64,000 nt of DNA from contig CAZLZN010000005.1 of NCBI GenBank assembly GCA_964564035.1, positions 1,504-65,503 on the forward strand. The letters are read 5' to 3'. The first letter of the stretch is position 1. Each line of letters starts with the position of its first letter. This stretch comes from an uncultured Gammaproteobacteria bacterium (GTDB taxonomy: Bacteria > Patescibacteriota > Microgenomatia > Levybacterales > UBA12049). Of this stretch, positions 9,233-17,682 are shown piece by piece. The position numbers and the translations under genes are program-made. Below the pieces are notes generated by a model that was not told the DNA's origin, searched no databases, and worked only from the letters and a program-made list of their open reading frames with translations.

Positions 9233-9472
9233 TTATCTACTCAAGATACAAGCATGTGTAAGCGTTACGGACATTTTAGACATTTCATAGTTTGAAATAA
9301 GATAGTCCATCGGTGTGATTTTCCCGAGAGACTTGTGTATCTTCTGCGTTAAATAGAATATCAAGTATTCTAACAGATTATTATTAAACTGTACGGGGTC
9401 ATGGATGATATCAAGTTTGTTGTTTAAAAATTGATCTTGAAGGGTAAAAATACACCCAGGGGGTGTATTAGG
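9233..9472 (-). pseudogene. Remnant of a DDE (rve-type) integrase/transposase, C-terminal about 70 codons only
   Basis: An open frame with no usable start reads ...LQDQFLNNKLDIIHDPVQFNNNLLEYLIFYLTQKIHKSLGKITPMDYLISNYE...*. YLTQKIHKSLGKITP matches the Y-N-x-x-R-P-H-x-x-L-G-x-x-T-P end of rve domains. The frame is interrupted at the REP hairpin. Confidence 0.5.
9451..9467. repeat. REP-like palindrome a: TACACCC-AGG-GGGTGTA
   Basis: 7-bp inverted repeat read directly, lying 59 nt upstream of the RayT gene. Confidence 0.8.
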
Positions 9473-9525
9473 TTAGACACATAGGGAAAATCCTGATAAT
9501 ATTAGTTAAATACTAATTTAAATTT

Positions 9526-10203
9526 ATGCCTGCACGCTTAGAGCCTCTTATAACAGGAGAAATATATCATGTTTGTAATAGAGGAATTAATCACAAGCCA
9601 ACATTTATAAAAATCCGAGAATACAAACGCGCTTTACAGTTGATTAATTACTACCGCTTTCAAAATCCCCCTGTTAGGTTATCTAAATTCCTACTATTGT
9701 CAAAAGACTTACGAGAACAGATTATGAATGAATTGCAAAAATCCGATAATAGGAGTATTGATATCTATTCCTATTGTTTGATGCCCAATCATGTTCATTT
9801 TTTGATAAAACAGCTTCGAGATAATGGAATATCCAAATTTATGGGGCAATTTTTTAATGGTTATGTTAAGTATTTTAATATATTAAATAAAACGGAGGGC
9901 CCGCTCTTTCTTGATCAGTTTAAGGCTGTAAGAATAATTACAGACGAACAGCTCTTGCACGTATCCAGATATATTCATCTAAATCCGTACACAGCATTTA
10001 TAACTAGAAAAATTGAAGATCTTCAATACTATCAATGGTCTTCGTTTCCTGAGTATATAGGGATACAAGATCCTGGAATATGTCAAAAAGATCCAATACT
10101 ATCATTTTTTAAAAATAAAGATGACTATAAAAAATTTATTTTTGATAATGCAGATTACCAAAGAGTAATTGGAAAAATTAAACACCTGACTCTTGAAGAT
10201 TAA
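9526..10203 (+). CDS. REP-associated tyrosine transposase (RayT, IS200-like Y1 HuH transposase)
   Basis: HuH motif MPNHVHFLI and catalytic Tyr region VSRYIHLNPY. The 225-aa length fits, and the gene is flanked by palindromic REP-like hairpins. Confidence 0.85.
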   Translation: MPARLEPLITGEIYHVCNRGINHKPTFIKIREYKRALQLINYYRFQNPPVRLSKFLLLSKDLREQIMNELQKSDNRSIDIYSYCLMPNHVHFLIKQLRDNGISKFMGQFFNGYVKYFNILNKTEGPLFLDQFKAVRIITDEQLLHVSRYIHLNPYTAFITRKIEDLQYYQWSSFPEYIGIQDPGICQKDPILSFFKNKDDYKKFIFDNADYQRVIGKIKHLTLED

Positions 10204-10219
10204 TCCCCGGGCGTCCTAC

Positions 10220-10243
10220 TTAATACACCCCCCGGGTGTACTT
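10220..10243. repeat. REP-like palindrome b: TTAATACACCCCCCGGGTGTACTT
   Basis: Identical over 24 nt to the copy at 11998-12021. It begins 17 nt after the RayT stop. Confidence 0.85.
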
Positions 10244-10439
10244 ACTCTCTCGGCCGTAGTCATAGCGCTAAATTACGACAAAGTCCTGCAATCAAAACTC
10301 CTCGATGCATTCCCGTCTTATGCAGTTTTTATCACAGATCTGGAGAGCAACCCCGCAGTTTTAGATCACCTCCAAAAACTCAAATAAATCTTGAAATACA
10401 CACATCATTGAAGCAAGTTCATATGATATAATTTTTTGA

Positions 10440-10781
10440 ATGATAATTACAAAAACTTCCCCGTTCACCAAAGAAGAAATAGCGATGTTATCCGAGGTGT
10501 TTGAAGTTTACATCAAAACAGTAATTGATATTGAAAAAAGGATTTGTTCTGCAGGCTGTGATAGGCATTTTGAATCGGAAAAAATTTTACTTGAGCAAAA
10601 TTCTGCGCAAAAAGATTTATGGGGCGGTGGAATCGATTTAGAAACGAAAATTATCGATTTTAATTCATTTATAAATATACGCCCAATTGATAATAATACA
10701 AGTAATGAAATTCAAGACGCGATTATTAGGGCAAAATATGAAGATTTAACCAGATATTTTTTTAGAGTACTATATGAATAG
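10440..10781 (+). CDS. Hypothetical protein (113 aa)
   Basis: TATAAT 7 nt upstream of the ATG. The gene overlaps the next ORF by 8 nt. Confidence 0.5.
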   Translation: MIITKTSPFTKEEIAMLSEVFEVYIKTVIDIEKRICSAGCDRHFESEKILLEQNSAQKDLWGGGIDLETKIIDFNSFINIRPIDNNTSNEIQDAIIRAKYEDLTRYFFRVLYE

Positions 10782-11046
10782 CGAAAAAATTATATTATCT
10801 TCACTTGCACTTGATTTGAAGCGGGTTGCGCAAGGGTATGCTCGTGGTTCCAACAATATGGCGGTAAGATTTTTAGACGAAGCATTAAGACGAAAATCTG
10901 AAGCGATGACACTTGACTTAAAGCCATATTTAAAATCCCTTCTTAAAAAAGTCGGGGAATTGAAAAATATAAATGATTTAAATCGCAGAGCAGAAGACGC
11001 ACTGATGTACAGTACGCTTTTCCAAAACGCCTCACTTGTAATATAA
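10774..11046 (+). CDS. Hypothetical protein (90 aa)
   Basis: Translationally coupled to the previous ORF through the ATGAATAG overlap. Confidence 0.45.
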   Translation: MNSEKIILSSLALDLKRVAQGYARGSNNMAVRFLDEALRRKSEAMTLDLKPYLKSLLKKVGELKNINDLNRRAEDALMYSTLFQNASLVI

Positions 11047-11091
11047 GCAAACCAAACACTATATTTTTAATATTTTTTTCTCTTTATCTAT

Positions 11092-11107
11092 TACACCTCC
11101 GGGTGTA
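11092..11107. repeat. REP-like palindrome c: TACACC-TCCG-GGTGTA
   Basis: Read directly, 46 nt after the stop of ORF 10774-11046. Confidence 0.75.
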
Positions 11108-11202
11108 CTCCAACTATATTTTAGGCAACAAGTGTAGATTAATTATTATTTACACTCAAGTAATCGAGGATGAATTCCCCCCAGATTTGAAAGGTTACTG
11201 GC

Positions 11203-11598
11203 TTATGATTTTAAGTCTCTTGAAGGATATTCATTCGGACGAGGCATTCTCGGCATAAAAGGCTCGCTCGGCCTGAAGCACGCTGTATGTATGATAAATT
11301 TGTTATTTCTTTCTTCTCTGAACACAACAACCGGTGCGCCATTGCACTCATCTAGCTTTTTATTTGTAACATAACCAACTTCGCCATTGATATTAGTTCC
11401 ATAATTTCCGATATCCAACCCTTTTTTAAGTCCATATGAACCTGCTGCCACGGCCAGGACTAAACCTAATACACCGACTGTTATCGCGGGATATGGTGAT
11501 ATAACTACCTCCCTTTCACCGGAATTATTATCATTATTATTTCCTGCACCAATCCTTTTACGTTCTACAGATCTCATAACAATATATATTATATACAT
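11203..11598 (-). CDS. Small single-pass membrane protein, hypothetical
   Basis: One hydrophobic helix, AITVGVLGLVLAVAAGSYGL. The start may instead be the Met at 11577. Confidence 0.45.
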   Translation of the reverse strand: MYIIYIVMRSVERKRIGAGNNNDNNSGEREVVISPYPAITVGVLGLVLAVAAGSYGLKKGLDIGNYGTNINGEVGYVTNKKLDECNGAPVVVFREERNNKFIIHTACFRPSEPFMPRMPRPNEYPSRDLKS

Positions 11599-11702
11599 AT
11601 ATTAAATACTGTCAACATTATATGAATGGATAATGCTCATAATAAGGGGGCTAATTATTTGGATACAAGCGTGCGAAGATAAAATCCCCCCCAGGGTGAA
11701 AT

Positions 11703-11882
11703 TTAATTATTGACTATTTCTCTATTTACCTCGACTATTTTACCTTTTTGTTCTTCATGTAACGATAAGCCTTCTTTTAAATGTTTTTCTCTTGCTGACC
11801 TCACAGCATATTGCATAGCTGAGTTTAGTTTAGTAATAAATTCCTTCGATCCAAAATTTTTTATACGCTCTTGGTTCGGCAT
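11703..11882 (-). CDS. Small hypothetical protein (about 59 aa)
   Basis: Internal ATG (MPNQERIKNF...) of track ORF 11703-11936. No motif recognised. Confidence 0.3.
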   Translation of the reverse strand: MPNQERIKNFGSKEFITKLNSAMQYAVRSAREKHLKEGLSLHEEQKGKIVEVNREIVNN

Positions 11883-11997
11883 AATTAATACTCTCTGGTT
11901 GTAATTATAAACTCCGCATCTCATTATACTTGACAAAATACGAACATAATTAATTTGTACGCAACAAGTCAGGTAGCGATATGAATTTACTCTAAGA

Positions 11998-12021
11998 TTA
12001 ATACACCCCCCGGGTGTACTT
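11998..12021. repeat. REP-like palindrome d: TTAATACACCCCCCGGGTGTACTT
   Basis: Identical to 10220-10243. It sits 8 nt from the rarA stop. Confidence 0.85.
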
Positions 12022-12028
12022 TTTTCAC

Positions 12029-13303
12029 CTATCTTAAATACTTCCTCCCATTCAACTTCTCCGGCAAATTTGAAAGTCCTTTTTCGACTCCGACTTCACC
12101 CTCTTTCCAACTATACCCCTTCGCATAGCCTAAATTTTTCATCAGCTTTGTCGGAGCATTTCTTAGATGCATCGGTACCGGCTCGTTCGGAAAATTCAAT
12201 ACATCCTCTCTCGCCCTTGCATACGCATCGTAAGAGCCCCTGTCCTTCTTCGCCTTAGACAAATACACAACCCCATGCGCCAGATTGATAGCGCACTCAG
12301 GATACCCGATCGTCTCCACTGCCCGGAATACCTCATTTGCCACAACCAAAGCGGTCGGTTGAGCCATGCCGATATCCTCAGACGCAAAAATCACCATCCG
12401 CCGCGCGATAAACTTTGGATCTTCCCCTCCTTCAACCATCCTTGCGAGATAATACAACGCAGCATCCGCGTCGGAGGCCCGCATCGACTTTATAAACGCA
12501 CTGATTATATTGTAATGCTCGTCTGCTTTTTTATCATACAGACTTGTAGATTTCGTCTGGAAAATATCAATTATCGTAGTCTCTTGAATTATTTTCTTAC
12601 TTGATTGCTGCGCGGCGATTTCTAGCGCGTTTAGCATGACTCGCGCGTCTCCTCCGGAAAGCCTGATCAAAATCTCCTCCGCCTCAGGTGCGATAGTCTT
12701 CTTTGAAGACCCTAGCCCTCTTTTTTTGTCAGTTAAAGCTATATTGATCACATTTTTCATATGCTCGATACTTAATCCCTGCAGTACAAAAACGCGGCAT
12801 CTCGACAAAAGCGCCCCGATCACCTCAAACGACGGATTCTCGGTCGTTGCGCCGATCAAGGTAATTAATCCGCTCTCGACATAAGGCAGTAGAGCATCTT
12901 GCTGGGCTTTGTTCCATCTGTGAATTTCATCAATAAATAGAATTGTAGGCTTAGGCTTTTGTACTTGTGGCTTATTATTGAGCAGTTTATATTTTTCGGC
13001 TTCTTTAATTACGTTTCTCAGATCATCTTTGCCGCTTGTGACACCCGAAAGTTGGAAAAAATTGGCCTCGGACTCTTTGGCTATAATATGCGCGAGTGTA
13101 GTTTTGCCCGTTCCCGGCGGTCCCCAGAAAATGATCGAAAAAATATTGCCGGACTCGATCATCTGTCTCAGAACCTTCCCCTTCCCCACCAGATGCTCCT
13201 GTCCGATAAACTCATCAATTGTTTGCGGTCTTAGCCGGCTTGCGAGGTTCATATCAGCCCAATTGTAACACAACCCGGTTGGAGTATACTTAGCTTCATT
13301 CAA
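12029..13303 (-). CDS. rarA: Replication-associated recombination protein A (AAA+ ATPase RarA/MgsA)
   Basis: Walker A GPPGTGKTTLA, Walker B ILFIDEIHRWNK, ATTENPSFEV, and a C-terminal MgsA helical domain (ADEHYNIISAFIKSMRASDADAALYYL). Confidence 0.95.
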   Translation of the reverse strand: MNEAKYTPTGLCYNWADMNLASRLRPQTIDEFIGQEHLVGKGKVLRQMIESGNIFSIIFWGPPGTGKTTLAHIIAKESEANFFQLSGVTSGKDDLRNVIKEAEKYKLLNNKPQVQKPKPTILFIDEIHRWNKAQQDALLPYVESGLITLIGATTENPSFEVIGALLSRCRVFVLQGLSIEHMKNVINIALTDKKRGLGSSKKTIAPEAEEILIRLSGGDARVMLNALEIAAQQSSKKIIQETTIIDIFQTKSTSLYDKKADEHYNIISAFIKSMRASDADAALYYLARMVEGGEDPKFIARRMVIFASEDIGMAQPTALVVANEVFRAVETIGYPECAINLAHGVVYLSKAKKDRGSYDAYARAREDVLNFPNEPVPMHLRNAPTKLMKNLGYAKGYSWKEGEVGVEKGLSNLPEKLNGRKYLR

Positions 13304-13511
13304 ACTCTTGCATAATTCTTACGCATACTTAATCTTAACCTAACCACATCAATATATATTCAAATATAACATTATGATAAAAAATAACTATTTAACAAAG
13401 ACACTAAGAATCCTCGCCATTCCCTCGGCAATTATGCTGACTGTTGCTTTTGAATTCGCTGCATTACACTTAATCGGTATTATAAATTCTATATGAAAGG
13501 AGGTGAGTAAT

Positions 13512-13679
13512 TTGAGTAGAGATAGTGGATATGGTTTTTTACTGGGAGTTATTTTACTTATAATTTTTGCAGCCATACTAATTATTTATGGTCTTCCGCT
13601 CTTGCAAAACGCAGGAAGCGCTAATCAGGTAAATATTCCTGACAAGGTCGATGTGAATGTCAATCAGCCTAAACAATAA
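13512..13679 (+). CDS. Unlisted small membrane protein (55 aa, TTG start)
   Basis: A strong SD (GAAAGGAGGTGA) lies 6 nt before the TTG. The translation is [55 protein letters not shown]. Confidence 0.45.
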   Translation: MSRDSGYGFLLGVILLIIFAAILIIYGLPLLQNAGSANQVNIPDKVDVNVNQPKQ

Positions 13680-13706
13680 AATACCAAATTCGTACGAGTT
13701 ATGCAG

Positions 13707-14396
13707 TTAGCTTATTAAAAGCAAAGCATTTTCAATTGCAAATCTCGTGTTGATATTCGTATTCTTCAACTGGCTTCGAAGTGACTGGAAAACATTTATT
13801 TTTTCAATCAGTTCGTACCCGGTCTGCCCGGGAATACTCTCGCGAAGAAGCATGTCGCGAAGCTTCAAAATCACACATTCGGCCCATACTGTCGCTCTGT
13901 CCTTGTCTTTTGCCAGATTTTCGGCATATTTCAGCACACCGCTTACAGGCATATCGTCTATCCGCCCCAAAAACTTTTGCGCCTCAATCATGATATCCTC
14001 ATCATATTTTTGAATTTCTTTGTCTAACAAAATCACGCTACATCGCGATGTTATTGTCGGTATAAACACATCACTGCTGTCCGAGCTCAAAATGATAACA
14101 GTCCGGTCCGGCGGCTCCTCGAGTACTTTTAAGAGCGAATTTTGCGCCTGAACAGTCAGCATCTGGGCATCCTCAATTATCACAGCTTTCATCTGGCTCT
14201 TAATAGGCATCAGGAATATTTTTTTCTGAATATTTTTAATATCCTCGATCCCGATACTGTTTACATTTTGTTTTATAGAATTTTCTTTTTCGATAACAGT
14301 TAGATCAAATTTGTCGATATTATACTCCGCGCATATTTTCTCAATAAATTCGCCGCGCTTAATTTTATCCTTGGATACCACTATTTGAGATAACAT
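13707..14396 (-). CDS. holB: DNA polymerase III delta-prime subunit-like protein
   Basis: AQNSLLKVLEEPPDRTVIILSS...IPTITSRC is the clamp-loader sensor/SRC motif region. Confidence 0.8.
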   Translation of the reverse strand: MLSQIVVSKDKIKRGEFIEKICAEYNIDKFDLTVIEKENSIKQNVNSIGIEDIKNIQKKIFLMPIKSQMKAVIIEDAQMLTVQAQNSLLKVLEEPPDRTVIILSSDSSDVFIPTITSRCSVILLDKEIQKYDEDIMIEAQKFLGRIDDMPVSGVLKYAENLAKDKDRATVWAECVILKLRDMLLRESIPGQTGYELIEKINVFQSLRSQLKNTNINTRFAIENALLLIS

Positions 14397-14402
14397 GCGC
14401 TT

Positions 14403-14441
14403 AGTATAAAATATTCATCGGTAATATAAAAGTGCTATAAT
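14403..14441. promoter_or_regulatory. Divergent back-to-back -10 boxes for holB and the ProB-like gene
   Basis: On the minus strand, TATACT (14408-14403) lies 6 nt before ATG 14396. On the plus strand, TGcTATAAT (14433-14441) lies 9 nt before ATG 14451. Confidence 0.5.
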
Positions 14442-14450
14442 ATCAACCCT

Positions 14451-15203
14451 ATGAGAAGCGTAGAGCAAAAACCATGGATGGTAGTCAAAATCGGCAGTCA
14501 TACAATTACCGATGAAAAAAATCAGCTGAACACCGGTTTCATGAACGAAATAGCCCGGCAAGTAGCCGAAAACACAACATGGAGACATGTTATTGTGTCA
14601 TCGGGGGCAGTTGCCGCAGGAATACCATCTGTTGAAAATTTTGATCAGAATGATGTCGTATCTAAACAAATAGCAGTAGCATTCGGACAGCCCCGGCTTA
14701 TGAGAGGGTGGAAAGACGCATTTAGGAATTATGATATACCGGTAGCCCAGTTTTTATTTACAAGAAAAAATTTGGATAGACATATGCCGGTACTTAGAGC
14801 TATTAATAGAGGAATAGTAGTAGCCAACGGCGATGACACGGCATATTCTCCCAAAGAGGAAGAGGATATTCTTATAAAAGATAACGACGATCTTGCCGAA
14901 GAAATTGCGTTAAGGCTTCCCGCTAAAAAAGTACTCTATTTATCGGCAGCCGGGGGCTTAAAGGATAAATATGGGAAAATTATCCCTGAGGTAAATACGG
15001 AGGATGATCTGTCCGGGCAGTTAGTATTTGACGGTAAAACATTAAACGGTACAGGCGGGATGGAATCGAAGCATAATTTTTCTTTTGATATGGCGAGTAA
15101 AGGCATTACGGTATATATTGCCGGAGGGGATGTCTCTGACGTCGTTTTGAAAGCCGCCCGAGGCGAAAACCCCGGAACGCATTACGTCGCAAAAAAACTA
15201 TAA
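14451..15203 (+). CDS. Glutamate 5-kinase-like amino-acid kinase (ProB family, no PUA domain)
   Basis: VVKIGSHTIT, VIVSSGAVAAG, DNDDLAEEIA and GTGGMESK follow the ProB pattern. Confidence 0.7.
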   Translation: MRSVEQKPWMVVKIGSHTITDEKNQLNTGFMNEIARQVAENTTWRHVIVSSGAVAAGIPSVENFDQNDVVSKQIAVAFGQPRLMRGWKDAFRNYDIPVAQFLFTRKNLDRHMPVLRAINRGIVVANGDDTAYSPKEEEDILIKDNDDLAEEIALRLPAKKVLYLSAAGGLKDKYGKIIPEVNTEDDLSGQLVFDGKTLNGTGGMESKHNFSFDMASKGITVYIAGGDVSDVVLKAARGENPGTHYVAKKL

Positions 15204-15240
15204 TACATAAGCATTCATTGTTTATTCTCAAATATTATCT

Positions 15241-15262
15241 GCATACGGCTTATGCGCTTTTT
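15241..15262 (+). terminator. Candidate intrinsic terminator
   Basis: GCATA-cggct-TATGC followed by GCTTTTTG, 38 nt after the stop of the ProB-like gene. Confidence 0.4.
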
Positions 15263-15296
15263 GTCATTGCGGCCCCGTTTAGCGAAGGAAATATTT

Positions 15297-15746
15297 TCAG
15301 TCAAACTTTTTTTCCGGAGTATTGAAGCTGACAATGATTTTCGGCTCGCTTCTTCCCGCATCTGCCAGTTCTGCCTCGCACCAGCCTCCCATTCGTGCAA
15401 TCGGTCTGCCTGCCTTAGCGAAAAAATTATCTTTACTTATCTTTTGACATGTAGTCAATTCAGGTCCGGGCGTAAAACCGCTTGCCAACTGCATCTCAAT
15501 TCTCTTTTCGGCTAGATATTCTCTATTCGCCTCAACATAGCCGTATCCTGATCCAAGAATTGCTGTAAGCGATAGCATCCCCGCTCCTATAGTTTTATAT
15601 AAACCCCTTCGCTCCTTATCTTTTGTTTCTAAAGCCCTGTCCAATTCCGTCCCTAACAAAAGGGCGTCTGAAGCAATCATACGTCTTCTTCTCCACTCTT
15701 TTCTGGTCATTTCTTCAATTGGTATTGTCTTTAATTCTTTTATCAT
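15297..15746 (-). CDS. Hypothetical single-pass membrane protein
   Basis: 149-aa ORF with a central hydrophobic helix, IGAGMLSLTAILGSGYGYV. Confidence 0.45.
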   Translation of the reverse strand: MIKELKTIPIEEMTRKEWRRRRMIASDALLLGTELDRALETKDKERRGLYKTIGAGMLSLTAILGSGYGYVEANREYLAEKRIEMQLASGFTPGPELTTCQKISKDNFFAKAGRPIARMGGWCEAELADAGRSEPKIIVSFNTPEKKFD

Positions 15747-15865
15747 ATAGTACGTTAATTAAACTCTACTATTGGATATAATGCTTGACCTTAATTACAT
15801 AACAAACCGACCGGAATTGGACGAAAACTCAACAATTGGACATAATCCCCACAGCCTTTGATTTC

Positions 15866-15894
15866 TTGACTTAAAACCGGCTTTTTCATACTAT
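15866..15894 (+). promoter_or_regulatory. Sigma70-like promoter of pilB
   Basis: TTGACT, a 17-nt spacer, then TACTAT. The -10 box ends 6 nt before ATG 15901. Confidence 0.55.
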
Positions 15895-15900
15895 AGATAT

Positions 15901-17682
15901 ATGCCCGATATGCCCGTGCCGCTGTCAAACGGTACAATAAATATTTCCAAACCGGAAATAAAACCGGAAACAGAAGAAAACGAGATCAAAACCGTCGCGG
16001 ATCTGCTGTTTAGTGAGAATCTGTTATCCAAAGACCAGTTTGAAGAAATAAAAGTAAAAAGTCTCAGTTCCGGCCAAAACCCAGATATCATTCTCCAGTC
16101 CATGAATTTCGTAAGTGAGGATGTGTACTCACAGGCCAGAGCAAAACTTATAGGCGTACCTTATATCAATCTCAAAAACACTTCATTTTCACCTCAGGCT
16201 CTAAGTTTTCTCTCAAGAATTGTTGTTGAACGCTTTGCCCTTATCCCCTTTTTATATGACGATAAGACCCGGACGCTTTCAATTGCCATGGCCGATCCGG
16301 CGGATTTGGAGGCAATTGCCTTTGTCAGACAGAAAACAGGACTTACTATCAGGACTTTTGCCGCCTCCCCTGCCGATGTACGCGAAGCTATAGGCCAGCA
16401 ATATACACAAGAAATAGTGGGACAAGTGGGTGAGGCCATCAAAGAAACAGAAGAATACTCCAAAAAAAGAGTAGTAGATAGTAAGCAGATCGCCGAGATC
16501 ATAACAGATGCGCCTATCGCCAGAATAGTCACAACTATTTTGGAATACGCCGTCACTTCGCGCTCGTCGGATGTTCATATCGAACCTCAGGAAGATAGAG
16601 TTCGTGTCAGATACAGGATCGACGGAATTTTATACGATAAATTAAGTCTCCCCATCAAGGTAGTTGATTCGCTTATATCCAGGATCAAAATTCTCTCGGA
16701 GCTCAAAATTGATGAACATAGAGCGCCTCAGGATGGAAGATTCAATTTCAAAACCGACAACAAAGAAGTAGATCTTCGTGTTTCAACAATACCGACAACC
16801 AAAGGCGAAAAAGTCGTCATGAGGCTTTTGCGAAAATCCGGCGGTATCCCCTCTCTCGGAGAGCTGGGTCTTCGCGGCACTGCACTCAAAAGCCTTGAAT
16901 CGGCCATTCTGCGTCCTCATGGAATTATCTTAGTTTGCGGTCCGACAGGAAGCGGAAAAACAACCACTCTATATGCTGTTCTTTCCAGGCTGAACACGAC
17001 CAGAGTCAACATAGTATCTCTCGAAGATCCCGTAGAGTACGAGCTCGCGGGGGTTAATCAAGTTCAGATCAATCCCGGAGTAGGCCTGACTTTCGCGTCC
17101 GGACTTCGTTCTTTTTTGCGTCAGGACCCGAACATCATATTAGTCGGTGAGATCAGAGACAAAGAGACAACCGATCTGGCTATTCAAGCCGCGCTTACAG
17201 GGCATTTGGTCTTTTCAACTTTGCATACCTCAAATGCCTCAGGCGCGCTTCCCCGTATGTTGGATCTGGGTGCTGAAAATTTTCTGCTTGCATCGACGGT
17301 GAATGCTATAGTCGGCCAAAGGATCGTACGCAAAATCTGCGAAAACTGCAAAGAAAGCTACAAGCCCCTTCCTCAGTTAGTGTCAGCAATGAGAGACGTG
17401 CTGAATGGTTTATTTCCCGCAAACGAACAGGAGATAAATTTATACAGAGGCAAAGGCTGTCCCGAATGCGGCAACTCCGGCTATCTGGGGAGAGTCGGGA
17501 TTTATGAAGTCCTCCCGTCTACAAATACAATTTCCAAAATGATAGTCGAGCATACCGATACAACGACTATTGAAAAACAAGCTATGGCAGAGGGTATGAT
17601 AACCATGAAGCAGGACGGCTATATGAAGGCGCTTAGCGGAGAGACAACTATAGAAGAGGTACTGCGTGTCGCGCAGGAATGA
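15901..17682 (+). CDS. pilB: Type IV pilus / type II secretion assembly ATPase (PilB/GspE)
   Basis: Walker A GPTGSGKTTT, Asp/His boxes, a tetracysteine motif CENC...CPEC, and an N-terminal T2SSE_N-like region. Confidence 0.95.
   Translation: MPDMPVPLSNGTINISKPEIKPETEENEIKTVADLLFSENLLSKDQFEEIKVKSLSSGQNPDIILQSMNFVSEDVYSQARAKLIGVPYINLKNTSFSPQALSFLSRIVVERFALIPFLYDDKTRTLSIAMADPADLEAIAFVRQKTGLTIRTFAASPADVREAIGQQYTQEIVGQVGEAIKETEEYSKKRVVDSKQIAEIITDAPIARIVTTILEYAVTSRSSDVHIEPQEDRVRVRYRIDGILYDKLSLPIKVVDSLISRIKILSELKIDEHRAPQDGRFNFKTDNKEVDLRVSTIPTTKGEKVVMRLLRKSGGIPSLGELGLRGTALKSLESAILRPHGIILVCGPTGSGKTTTLYAVLSRLNTTRVNIVSLEDPVEYELAGVNQVQINPGVGLTFASGLRSFLRQDPNIILVGEIRDKETTDLAIQAALTGHLVFSTLHTSNASGALPRMLDLGAENFLLASTVNAIVGQRIVRKICENCKESYKPLPQLVSAMRDVLNGLFPANEQEINLYRGKGCPECGNSGYLGRVGIYEVLPSTNTISKMIVEHTDTTTIEKQAMAEGMITMKQDGYMKALSGETTIEEVLRVAQE

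Noticed and set aside
10193-10387. Track ORF 10193-10387 (64 aa), downstream of RayT.
   Set aside because: It starts inside the RayT stop region and reads straight through REP hairpin b. It has no start signals, so it is most likely non-coding.
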